This document shows, one piece after another, positions 7,937-15,914 of a stretch of 32,000 nt of DNA. The notes beneath the pieces were generated by a model that was not told where the DNA came from, did no database searches, and saw nothing but the letters and a program-made list of their open reading frames with translations. The position numbers were made by a program, and so were the translations under genes. The DNA comes from Candidatus Saccharimonadota bacterium. GTDB taxonomy: Bacteria > Patescibacteriota > Saccharimonadia > Saccharimonadales > UBA4665. Location of the stretch: contig CP064993.1 of assembly GCA_016699955.1 (NCBI GenBank), positions 1,080,001 to 1,112,000 of the forward strand, in the 5' to 3' direction. Position 1 is the first letter of the stretch. Each line of letters begins with the position of its first letter.

Positions 7937-8749
7937 ATGATTGAGTTTCTACAAGCTATTGTTTTAGGCATTGTTGAGGGGATTACCGAGTTTTTACCAA
8001 TTTCTAGTACTGGGCACTTGCTCATAAGCCAAGAACTGATGAATTTCCGAGACAGTCACGAACTTTTTACGGTAGTCATCCAAGTCGGGGCTATTGCGGC
8101 AGTCATTTGGTACTACAAAAACGATTTGATAGCTAAAACCGTTGGATTATTTCGACGTGACGCTACAGCTATAAATTTCTGGAAAATTCTAGCCTTTGGC
8201 ACATTGCCGGCGGGAGTCATAGGCCTCGCCTTTGATAAAGTTTCTTCAGCTATTTCCGTACCCTTAGTGATAGCGTTAGCTCTAATTGTTGGTGGCATCA
8301 TTTTGTGGCTGGTCGACAATAAACCTGTTCACGCTAGCAATGACCCTACCATGCTGCACGCTATTAGCACCAGGCAAGCGCTACTCATTGGCTTGGGTCA
8401 ATGCGTGGCAATGATTCCAGGTGTCTCTCGCAGTGGTGCAACCATTGTGAGCGGCCTTGCCGTAAAACTGAACCGCCCGACTGCAACTGCATTTTCGTTT
8501 TATCTCTCCATACCGGTGCTTGTACTTGCCAGCGCCTACAAGCTAGCCAAATACTCTGACGACATCCCGAACATTACTGGGGGCTGGATAAGCATAGCCA
8601 TTGGGCTCATTGCTGCGTTCTTCACTGCCCTCCTCGCAGTCAGCTGGCTACTGCGCTACATAGCAAACCACAACTTCAAGGCGTTTGCTGTCTATCGAAT
8701 TGTGCTCGGGATTGTCTTGCTTTTCGCTATATGGGTTGGCTGGCTATAA
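7937..8749 (+). CDS. uppP: Undecaprenyl-diphosphate phosphatase
   Basis: 270 aa polytopic membrane protein with the signature N-terminus GIVEGITEFLPISSTGHL and the second motif IPGVSRSGATI. Confidence 0.95.
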   Translation: MIEFLQAIVLGIVEGITEFLPISSTGHLLISQELMNFRDSHELFTVVIQVGAIAAVIWYYKNDLIAKTVGLFRRDATAINFWKILAFGTLPAGVIGLAFDKVSSAISVPLVIALALIVGGIILWLVDNKPVHASNDPTMLHAISTRQALLIGLGQCVAMIPGVSRSGATIVSGLAVKLNRPTATAFSFYLSIPVLVLASAYKLAKYSDDIPNITGGWISIAIGLIAAFFTALLAVSWLLRYIANHNFKAFAVYRIVLGIVLLFAIWVGWL

Positions 8750-8780
8750 ACAAAGTCACCCATGTTAAAAAACATACGAG

Positions 8781-9674
8781 TTAGACTGTAAACGTTCGTA
8801 GCTGCTCACGCATCGCAAAAGCAAGCCCGGTGAGGCGTGGAGGTATTTTACGTCCTTTAAGCGTAACCACGTGTAGCCGCCGCTGCACAAGAAACGGTTT
8901 ACCATGCAGTCGCATCTGTACTAGCTCCCCCTGTTGCAGCTTATTTGCAACTAGCACCTCCGGCAGTACGGCCGCTCCCCGCCCTCGCGATGCCATAGCA
9001 AGCATACTATCCGGACTTGTTGAATACACCACAGCTGTAACTTGTATACCCGATTGACGTAAGGCGCGCTCAATCACTGCAAAGGTTGCCGATTCTTGTA
9101 CATAGGAGAGAAAAGGGATACTTTTGCCAGCTTCTGCATCCGTCTCGAGCGTTTCAACAACTGATTGTGAACAGACCATTAAAAGGTTATCGGTTGCAGC
9201 GGCAGCTATCTCTAGCCGGTCATCCTCTGCGTCATCTGCGACAACTACGGCAAGATCGAGCTCACTGCGCCTTACACCACGGCGAAGTGCCGTGGAATTT
9301 TCTACATATATGCTCAGCTCTGTTTTCGATTCCAGCGTTTTAAGCGGTTCATCATCGGCACACAGCACAGCCGCAACACTATCGATCAGCCCAATACGCA
9401 AAGGTACTTTGTCGGCACCTAGGGAAGCAAGCTGCACCTTTAAGTTATGGTCAATTTTTCTATGCTCAAGCCCACTGCTATACACAAACTCACCCGCCTG
9501 CGAAAGCACGACTCCTTGCCGACCAGTGCTTTCAAAAAGTTTTACGCCCAGTGATTTTTCTAACTTGCGTACAGCCACACTCAGCGCTGGTTGCGAAATA
9601 TGTAGCGTTTCGGCAGCTCTTGTAAATGTTCCGGCCTCTACCACCGCGACAAATTTTTTTACTCTGTCTGTCAT
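8781..9674 (-). CDS. LysR-family transcriptional regulator
   Basis: 297 aa. It has an N-terminal HTH region, FVAVVEAGTFTRAAETLHISQPALSVAVRKLEKSLGVKLFE, followed by a substrate-binding-type domain. It is divergent from ino1. Confidence 0.9.
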   Translation of the reverse strand: MTDRVKKFVAVVEAGTFTRAAETLHISQPALSVAVRKLEKSLGVKLFESTGRQGVVLSQAGEFVYSSGLEHRKIDHNLKVQLASLGADKVPLRIGLIDSVAAVLCADDEPLKTLESKTELSIYVENSTALRRGVRRSELDLAVVVADDAEDDRLEIAAAATDNLLMVCSQSVVETLETDAEAGKSIPFLSYVQESATFAVIERALRQSGIQVTAVVYSTSPDSMLAMASRGRGAAVLPEVLVANKLQQGELVQMRLHGKPFLVQRRLHVVTLKGRKIPPRLTGLAFAMREQLRTFTV

Positions 9675-9689
9675 AGTTTTTTATTATAC

Positions 9690-9704
9690 TAGTTGTAAAA
9701 ACTA
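9690..9704. promoter_or_regulatory. Inverted repeat TAGTTgtaaaAACTA, candidate LysR-type binding site
   Basis: A 5-5-5 perfect inverted repeat in the 86-bp LysR/ino1 spacer, just upstream of the candidate ino1 -35. It resembles the generic T-N11-A-type dyads used by LysR-type regulators. Confidence 0.3.
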
Positions 9705-9708
9705 TGTA

Positions 9709-9738
9709 TTGGATTTATAGTGTTTTAGCCTCTACAAT
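9709..9738 (+). promoter_or_regulatory. Candidate ino1 promoter TTGGAT-N18-TACAAT
   Basis: -35 at 9709-9714 and -10 at 9733-9738. A leader with SD AAGGAG follows before the ATG at 9761. Confidence 0.35.
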
Positions 9739-9760
9739 GGCATTTTAAGAAGGAGTAAGA

Positions 9761-10894
9761 ATGGTAAAACAAAAATCTATCAGAGTTGCGGTCGTCGGAG
9801 TCGGGAATTGTTTCTCGTCACTTTACCAAGGGCTTGAATATTACCGCGAGAACACTGGCGACATAATTCCAGGTGTTATGTATGCTGACATTGGTGGTTA
9901 CCGTACAAGCGACATAGCGGTGGTTGCAACATTTGATGTTGACCCCCGTAAGGTGGGAAGACCGACTGGTGAGGCCATTTTTGCACAACCAAACTGTGCG
10001 AGAGTTTTTCAAGAAAAAGTCCCTGAGGGCCCATTTGTGCAAATGGGTAACCCGCTTGATGGTGTCAGCGACTACATGCAACAACAGCCGGAAGAGTTTG
10101 GCTTCCGCGTGGCGAAGACTAAGCCAGCGGACGTTGTTAAGATACTTAAAGAAACGAAAGCCGACATACTAATAAATTACCTGCCTGTTGGTTCACAGCT
10201 AGCAACCGAGTTTTACGCCCAATGCGCCATAGACGCCGGTGTTGCATTTCTTAACTGCATACCGGTTTTCATCGCCAGCGATCCAAAGTGGGAACAAAAA
10301 TTTATCGATGCTGGTTTGCCAATTATTGGCGACGACATGCGCAGCCAAATTGGCGCAAGCGTAGTCAGCCAGGTGCTACAAGAGCTAGCTTTTGACCGTG
10401 GGGCTGAAGTTGAGTTTCATCAGCAGCTCAATATTGGCGGGAACACCGATTTTAACAATATGATGGTTCAATCTAGGCTTGCCAGCAAAAAGAAGTCAAA
10501 AGAAAATGTCATCCGAGCCCAAAACGATATTCGCGGCATACCAGTGCCAGAACATAGTCTGTTTGCCGGGCCTAGTACATTCCTACCTTACCTCAAAGAT
10601 AACAAAGTTGCCTACTTTAACATTCGGCTCAAGGGATTTGGTGGCGCGCCCATCACAATGGACCTGAAGCTATCGGTGCAAGACAGCGAAAATAGTGCTG
10701 GCGTGGTGATAGACGCTATACGCTACCTCAAAGTTGCCCATGAACTCGGCGTGGTCGGTTCCCTGCGTGGCCCTAGCGCCTGGACGCAAAAAACCCCGCC
10801 AGAACAAATGATGTACACCGACGCTAAACGAGAATGCGAAGCCCTCGCCAAACGTCAGCTGACCGCTAGCGTCAAAAAACAAGTGAAAAAATAG
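9761..10894 (+). CDS. ino1: myo-Inositol-1-phosphate synthase (bacterial/archaeal short type)
   Basis: 377 aa. The N-terminal NAD-binding region IRVAVVGVGNCFSSLYQGLEYY closely resembles actinobacterial Ino1. Also present are DILINYLPVGS, the GDDMRSQIGASVV catalytic region, and LASKKKSKENV. Confidence 0.9.
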   Translation: MVKQKSIRVAVVGVGNCFSSLYQGLEYYRENTGDIIPGVMYADIGGYRTSDIAVVATFDVDPRKVGRPTGEAIFAQPNCARVFQEKVPEGPFVQMGNPLDGVSDYMQQQPEEFGFRVAKTKPADVVKILKETKADILINYLPVGSQLATEFYAQCAIDAGVAFLNCIPVFIASDPKWEQKFIDAGLPIIGDDMRSQIGASVVSQVLQELAFDRGAEVEFHQQLNIGGNTDFNNMMVQSRLASKKKSKENVIRAQNDIRGIPVPEHSLFAGPSTFLPYLKDNKVAYFNIRLKGFGGAPITMDLKLSVQDSENSAGVVIDAIRYLKVAHELGVVGSLRGPSAWTQKTPPEQMMYTDAKRECEALAKRQLTASVKKQVKK

Positions 10895-11002
10895 CTACCC
10901 GATTAACCCCAGCTCGGTAGAAGCACAACCGTTAGCACTTTTAGTTATGCAAGCGAGCCCGCCCTTTAAAACTCCGCGCAGACACAGAGCTGCGGTGAGT
11001 TA

Positions 11003-12076
11003 TTAGTCGTCAGTTTGCGGCTTATCCAGCAGCAACGGTTCAACGCTGGGCGTCGTATCGGCAATCTTAACAACATCTTTATCCATCCGCTGCAAAGACT
11101 TGTGAGCGCCGTTGAAATGATTGACTGTCGTACTCAGTGAATTACCAAGTTTCTGCATAAAACTATCGTGAGCTGCAATGTGCTTACCAAGCTCACCGAC
11201 TCGTTTCTGAATATCTTTGGCCTGTTCTTCTATTTGCAAGCTTTTTAGTCCCTGCATGACCGTTTGCAAATATGCCAACAGTGTCGTGGGACTTACAATA
11301 ATAACTTTTTTATCAATAAATGCGTATTCGATGAGGTCGCGCGAATTTGTGCCTGTTGCGCCCACGTTGTTTACCAGTAGGTCGTAATAAATTGCTTCAC
11401 TTGGGATGAACATAAAGGCGTAGTCAAGTGTATTTTCGCTGGGGCGAATGTATTTACTCGTTTCGTCGATACGGTTTTTTAGGTCGGCTTTGAAAATTTT
11501 TACAATATTTTCCCGCTGTGTTTTATCTTTTTCTTCAATGAGCCGGTTGTAATTTTCTAGGCTAAATTTACTGTCTATCGGCAGTAAACGACCTTTGTCT
11601 AGCTTAATCACTGCGTCGACTATTTGGCCGTCTTTAAAGGAGTACTGCATTTCGTACACATGCGGTGGCAGGACGTTTCCGAGTACCGTGTCAAGATAAT
11701 ATTCACCCAGTCCGCCGCGTTGCTTTGGGTTTTGCAAAATATTTTGCAGGGTCTTAAGCTCATCGGCTACATCGACAACGCGCTTGTTCGATTCTTTGAG
11801 CTCGGTAAGATTGCGCGTGATTTCGGTGATGATTTTGTTGCTTTCACTTGTCTGCTTTTGCAGCGCACCAAACATAGCCGACTGCGATTTATCGAGTCTG
11901 TCGCTTATCTGCGTTTGTACACCTTCTTTAAGTTTCGTAATGTCTTCGCTGAGGTTGCGCAGGTCTTCTTTAAGCAACAGTGCGCTCTCGTTACTAGGCT
12001 TACGCGTCAAAAAGAAAACTAAAGCCACGGCAAGTATCACAACCACAAAACCTAGAAGTACGACTGCTTGTTCCAT
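11003..12076 (-). CDS. rmuC: DNA recombination protein RmuC
   Basis: It has an N-terminal TM helix (MEQAVVLLGFVVVILAVALVFFL), a long coiled coil, and a C-terminal nuclease-like region (GGLGEYYLDTVL, LPIDSKFSLENY, YAFMFIPSEAIY). The maximal ORF reaches 12157 but would run through a 20-bp hairpin. ATG 12076 has a TACACT box 7 nt upstream. Confidence 0.85.
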   Translation of the reverse strand: MEQAVVLLGFVVVILAVALVFFLTRKPSNESALLLKEDLRNLSEDITKLKEGVQTQISDRLDKSQSAMFGALQKQTSESNKIITEITRNLTELKESNKRVVDVADELKTLQNILQNPKQRGGLGEYYLDTVLGNVLPPHVYEMQYSFKDGQIVDAVIKLDKGRLLPIDSKFSLENYNRLIEEKDKTQRENIVKIFKADLKNRIDETSKYIRPSENTLDYAFMFIPSEAIYYDLLVNNVGATGTNSRDLIEYAFIDKKVIIVSPTTLLAYLQTVMQGLKSLQIEEQAKDIQKRVGELGKHIAAHDSFMQKLGNSLSTTVNHFNGAHKSLQRMDKDVVKIADTTPSVEPLLLDKPQTDD

Positions 12077-12122
12077 AGCTATTAGTGTAGCTCGTAACAC
12101 TCTCTCTGTCACCTGCCGCATA

Positions 12123-12167
12123 CCTAAATCCCTTGTGCGAGGTCTAACCTCGTACAAGGGATTTAGG
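12123..12167 (-). terminator. Long hairpin (20-bp stem with one mismatch, 5-nt loop) overlapping the ZIP gene stop codon
   Basis: CCTAAATCCCTTGTGCGAGG tctaa CCTCGTACAAGGGATTTAGG. Pairing was checked base by base; the only non-Watson-Crick pair is 12137/12153. There is no U-tract after it on the minus strand, so it may be a terminator, an RNA-stabilising element or a protein-binding palindrome. Confidence 0.4.
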
Positions 12168-12885
12168 CAAGTTGGGTCACAAAGTACATGAGTATCGCAC
12201 CTAGGATAGTTAAAGCAATTGTACTGTACGACGAACGTTTGCTGTGTGCCTCGGGCAAAATTTCTGCCGCAGCAATGTAGAGTAGAAATCCTGCAAAGAA
12301 TGACAGGTAAAACAAAATAAACTCATCACCAAGTGTAAGAACCATGCTTAGTAACACGCCTGCGAGTGGAGCAAGTGCATCAACGATTAGCATAAGACTG
12401 GCTTTTGCTTGTGAATTTTTATGTGCCAACATGAGGTTGACCGTGTTAAGGCCATCTGAAAAACTGTGCGCCACGACGGCAACCGCTACCGCAACACCAA
12501 CCGCCGCATTTGCTTGAAATGCCAAACCTATGCCAAAGCCATCCAGCAGGCTGTGTCCGGCCAATGTAATTGCGCTTGCTCGCCCTACATACGGATGGTG
12601 ATGTTCGCCGTACTGCGCTTCGTCGGCATGGCTAATTAGGATGCTTTTTTCTACAATATGAAATAACAAAAAACCTGCCATAAGCGCTACCATGGCCGTC
12701 GTGACGTCTCGTGACACACCCTGGGAGAGTTCAATAATTTCAGGTAATAGGCCAAAGACTACCACACCCATTACTATGCCTGCCGTGAAACCGAGCAGCC
12801 TTTGCAGTTTATCTTGATTTTTGAGCGCAACATATCCGCCGATTAGCGAAGCAATAAATGCACATAGTCCTAGTAGAATCACCAT
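12163..12885 (-). CDS. ZIP-family divalent metal (zinc) transporter
   Basis: 240 aa with ~8 TM helices. It has a His-rich loop (EAQYGEHHHPYVG) and conserved HSLLDGFGIG and HSFSDGLN motifs. It is divergent from a Fur-family gene. Confidence 0.85.
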   Translation of the reverse strand: MVILLGLCAFIASLIGGYVALKNQDKLQRLLGFTAGIVMGVVVFGLLPEIIELSQGVSRDVTTAMVALMAGFLLFHIVEKSILISHADEAQYGEHHHPYVGRASAITLAGHSLLDGFGIGLAFQANAAVGVAVAVAVVAHSFSDGLNTVNLMLAHKNSQAKASLMLIVDALAPLAGVLLSMVLTLGDEFILFYLSFFAGFLLYIAAAEILPEAHSKRSSYSTIALTILGAILMYFVTQLA

Positions 12886-12891
12886 GCTAGC

Positions 12892-12944
12892 AGCATACCG
12901 GTCTGCAATATTTATTGCAAAAATGTCGCATTTTTTGATAAAAT
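12892..12944. promoter_or_regulatory. Back-to-back divergent promoters sharing the palindromic -35 TTGCAA, overlapped by inverted repeat TGCAATAttTATTGCA (candidate Zur box)
   Basis: The inverted repeat spans 12904-12919 (7-2-7, perfect). TTGCAA sits at 12915-12920. Plus strand: 18 nt, then TAAAAT (12939-12944), then 6 nt to the zur ATG at 12951. Minus strand: 17 nt, then TATGCT (12897-12892), then 6 nt to the ZIP ATG at 12885. Confidence 0.5.
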
Positions 12945-12950
12945 TGCAGC

Positions 12951-13394
12951 ATGAGTAGCCAAATTGTCTTTGAGACAGCGCTTAAACAGAACAACCTCAG
13001 TCTCACCAAGCCTCGGCAGGCTGTCTTTGAAGCGCTCCAACACCACAAAAGCCTAACAATGGCAGAACTCGTTGCGGCCTGCCCGGGAGTCAATCGGGCC
13101 AGCGTGTACCGCACCAGCGAAGTGTTTGAGAGGCTTGGTATCATTATGCGAATACCCACGGGCTGGAAATACCGTTTAGAGTTAGGTGAGGCCTTTCACG
13201 AACACCACCACCATGCCACATGTTCAGCTTGCGGCGCATCGATTGCACTCCCGGAAGACCTAGCTTTAGAAAAACGTCTCCGCGACCTCGCCGCCAGACG
13301 CAATTTCACCCTCATTTCTCACCAAATAGAACTTACCGGCCACTGTGATGCCTGCGTTACTCCTCAAGTCTACGGTACTGGCCAATTTATTTAA
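12951..13394 (+). CDS. zur: Fur-family metalloregulator, probably zinc uptake regulator
   Basis: 147 aa. It has a winged-helix part (LTKPRQAVFEAL...MAELVAAC...ASVYRTSEVFERLGII), a His cluster and CxxC pairs (HEHHHHATCSACG ... GHCDAC). The Zur assignment rests on the divergent ZIP gene and is inference. Confidence 0.8.
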   Translation: MSSQIVFETALKQNNLSLTKPRQAVFEALQHHKSLTMAELVAACPGVNRASVYRTSEVFERLGIIMRIPTGWKYRLELGEAFHEHHHHATCSACGASIALPEDLALEKRLRDLAARRNFTLISHQIELTGHCDACVTPQVYGTGQFI

Positions 13395-13914
13395 TTTCAA
13401 TCCAGTAGCGCTGCTTAACGCGGCTATTGTCTACAACTTCGTTTTCGAGGACTCCACCATTGGCAAGAATAACGCCAGCGGAGCCGAGATTCGTTTTATC
13501 GCAAGTAACCAATGCGCGTTTCAATCCTAGCTGTTTGCAGTGTGAAAGTGCAGCACCGAGTATTTTGGTACCATACCCATGCCGACGAAACTGTGGCGCT
13601 ACGGTGTAACCAATATGCCCACCCACAAAGCGAAGATGGTCGTCCAGTGTATGACGGATATCGACAATACCTATCAAAGCATTGTCAGAAATTCGTTTCG
13701 CCAAAAAAACCGTGGACGGAACCATCCGGGTATCTTTTGCAATATAACGCTCGCGGGATGATTGTAGCCACATATCAAATGATTCCGCTATGCCTAAACC
13801 GGCGCTGCCTGGTATATGCTCGCCGTCTTTTTGCTGACAACTGGCACGAAAAGACCACACGGCTTCGGCGTCTGATTCTTGCGGTTCATAAAGTATTACC
13901 TGATTTGGTTTCAT
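13387..13914 (-). CDS. GNAT-family N-acetyltransferase
   Basis: It carries the acetyl-CoA binding motif VAPQFRRHGYGTKILGAALSHCKQLGLKRALVTC. The maximal ORF starts at GTG 13932. ATG 13914 is preferred because TATACT (13927-13922) lies 7 nt upstream. The 3' end overlaps zur by 8 bp (convergent). Confidence 0.8.
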   Translation of the reverse strand: MKPNQVILYEPQESDAEAVWSFRASCQQKDGEHIPGSAGLGIAESFDMWLQSSRERYIAKDTRMVPSTVFLAKRISDNALIGIVDIRHTLDDHLRFVGGHIGYTVAPQFRRHGYGTKILGAALSHCKQLGLKRALVTCDKTNLGSAGVILANGGVLENEVVDNSRVKQRYWIEIK

Positions 13915-13937
13915 TACTACAAGTATACCCACAACTT

Positions 13938-13964
13938 AAAAAGGCCGGTACTTTCGGCCTTTTT
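13938..13964. terminator. Symmetric intrinsic-terminator-like hairpin A5-GGCCG-gtacttt-CGGCC-T5 in a divergent intergenic region
   Basis: AAAAAGGCCGgtactttCGGCCTTTTT: a GC stem flanked by an A-run and a T-run, so it could work in either direction. No annotated gene ends next to it. Confidence 0.45.
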
Positions 13965-14084
13965 CGTGGAAAATCAATTTCCAAACATAACTATAGGCGA
14001 GAGGAGCAAATAAGTCTGTGACGAAAATTACTGACAGCTATCAAATGCATATTTTACATCATTACGGTTCCGGCGTATGCTGGA

Positions 14085-14897
14085 ATGATGTTTGACTATT
14101 TTTTGCACGGCATGCTTGGCCGGCCTTACCGGCTGCATGCGGAACGCAGCGGAGACAAAACGAAACCGTCTATTGTCTTGCTCCACGGCATCGCTGCCAG
14201 TGGGGATGATTGGCGAAAAGTCTTAACTTACCTCGAGTCAAACTACCACTGTACGACTATAGATTTACTCGGGTTCGGGAAGTCACCGAAGCCACAATGG
14301 CTCGGTTATACCATGGAAGATCACATGCGCTCGCTCTACCATACAATGAATAAACTTCACCTGAGAGGGCAGTTTTTACTGATTGGCCATTCACTTGGTT
14401 CATTTTTAGCCGCCCGTTATGCCACGCAGCATGAAACAAATATCAACCGTCTGCTGCTGCTCAGCCCACCCGTATACCCACCGCTGACTCAAATTAAAAG
14501 CAAATCAGCTCGCAAGCTTACCGGCCTACTTTTAAATATGTACAAATTTCTGCGCGACGACCCGCGTATAAATCCCGAGTCGTTTAAACGCCTCTCGTAC
14601 ATTGCCCCCCTGCCCAAAAGCGTTATCCGTAACCCGGACACATGGCTGCCGTTTATGCGTACCCTTAAAGAATGTATTGAGAAACAAACTGTTTTAAAAG
14701 ATGTACAGCAACTTACTATCCCAGTCGATGTTTGCTACGGCACACTTGATCAAGTTGTGGTGAGTAGTAATGTGGCACTGCTCGCCAATAACAACAATGT
14801 CCGCCTGCATTCTTTCCTAAACACACACGACCTCACCACTCGCTACGGCAAGCTCGTCGCAAAGGTGCTTACGCAAACAATCGAACCGAACACTTAA
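14085..14897 (+). CDS. Alpha/beta-fold hydrolase
   Basis: 270 aa with the oxyanion region IVLLHGIAASGDDW, the nucleophile elbow LIGHSLGSFLAARYA, and a C-terminal His region. The start may be the second ATG (14088), 6 nt after TATGCT at 14076-14081. Confidence 0.85.
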   Translation: MMFDYFLHGMLGRPYRLHAERSGDKTKPSIVLLHGIAASGDDWRKVLTYLESNYHCTTIDLLGFGKSPKPQWLGYTMEDHMRSLYHTMNKLHLRGQFLLIGHSLGSFLAARYATQHETNINRLLLLSPPVYPPLTQIKSKSARKLTGLLLNMYKFLRDDPRINPESFKRLSYIAPLPKSVIRNPDTWLPFMRTLKECIEKQTVLKDVQQLTIPVDVCYGTLDQVVVSSNVALLANNNNVRLHSFLNTHDLTTRYGKLVAKVLTQTIEPNT

Positions 14898-15846
14898 ACG
14901 GATCGATTTCTGTGCCACCCATGTGTTTTTGAAGCAAAAATATCGCCGTTTTTAATGACACGCTGGGTTCGTCATTTACTCGTGCAATGATTTCGTATAT
15001 CCCGGGTCCGCGTTTTTTTTGCGAACCCCCATCTGACATGTTGGGATAAACCATGATTTCTCCTTCGGGTGCTGAGCGCAAATCAACGCCTCGCCGCACA
15101 GGTATCTCGTACTGTATTCCGTTCTGTTCTATCTGTAGCGTAGCCATTTTCCCGATTTCCAACCGTATAACATTGGCAATATCCGCTGCCCGCCCAATAA
15201 TATTACCGAACTTATCAACGTAGGCAATACTGTCCTGTGCCTCCTGCTCAATAGGTGCTCCGTCGTTATTTTTGGACCGCCGATCATAAACGAGTTGTAG
15301 CTCATCGGTATGCCCAAGCATTTGCGCGACAACAGCCGAGCGAAATTGTTCATGCTCGTCATATATACTATTTTTTCCTGGTATCTCGTAGAGTGAGGTT
15401 ATTCTACCTTCCATTGCAAGATCAGCCAGTGCGCCAAGATGTGACGCAAACACGATGAGGCCCGACGCTGTCGTGGCAACCCTGTAGCACTCGCCATTGG
15501 CACCATCTTTTGTTTGTTTGTTGCCCCTAGGCGCGCGATTTGCGATGGCAATAATACTTCCGGGAAGCTTGCGTTTAGCCGCACGATCATCCAGCTGCAG
15601 TAGGCCAATACTTTCCCACGGAACATATCCAATCGGTACCTCCAGCATTCCCACATTACCCCCGTTCCCAAGTCGTGAGCTAATTACCGCGTCCGTGTCG
15701 GTATATCGCCACCACATTTTTTCAAGTTGCCCATTACCATTCTGCCTCACAAGCTCAGGAAAAACATCGCTCCAAATAACTTGCCCGAAACTGGGCTGCC
15801 GTGCTAGCTCGTCAAGCTTCGGGTATGATTCCATCGGGGATGGCAT
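14869..15846 (-). CDS. Conserved-looking protein with weak resemblance to DUF62 / SAM hydroxide adenosyltransferase (SAM hydrolase-halogenase) fold
   Basis: 325 aa ORF with SD AGGAG 5 nt before the ATG. Motif-level matches only: IAYVDKFGNIIG (compare DxFGNxxTN), EQFRSAVVAQML (compare FHGRDxFAPxAA), and a C-terminal EGEIMVYPN...GIYEIIARV strand pattern. The function call is tentative. Its 3' end overlaps the hydrolase gene by 29 bp. Confidence 0.5.
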   Translation of the reverse strand: MPSPMESYPKLDELARQPSFGQVIWSDVFPELVRQNGNGQLEKMWWRYTDTDAVISSRLGNGGNVGMLEVPIGYVPWESIGLLQLDDRAAKRKLPGSIIAIANRAPRGNKQTKDGANGECYRVATTASGLIVFASHLGALADLAMEGRITSLYEIPGKNSIYDEHEQFRSAVVAQMLGHTDELQLVYDRRSKNNDGAPIEQEAQDSIAYVDKFGNIIGRAADIANVIRLEIGKMATLQIEQNGIQYEIPVRRGVDLRSAPEGEIMVYPNMSDGGSQKKRGPGIYEIIARVNDEPSVSLKTAIFLLQKHMGGTEIDPFKCSVRLFA

Positions 15847-15914
15847 GGGATCTCCTTATAGTTTCACTTGGGAAGAGTACTGCCACCACATCAGTACATT
15901 GATTGTTTGGAATA

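Noticed and set aside
9124-9720. 198-aa plus-strand ORF rich in Ser/Ala
   Set aside because: It is antisense to the LysR gene, which has an unmistakable HTH. Its composition is typical of a shadow frame.
13512-14021. 169-aa plus-strand ORF
   Set aside because: It is antisense to the GNAT gene and runs through the terminator-like hairpin. It has no recognisable motifs.
15011-15018. T8 homopolymers inside coding regions as phase-variation sites (this one in the DUF62-like gene; a second at about 4666-4673 in the secreted protein gene)
   Set aside because: Both are in frame and encode Lys-Lys (AAAAAAAA on the coding strand) within intact ORFs. There is no evidence of disruption, unlike the C7 tract at 25208-25214.
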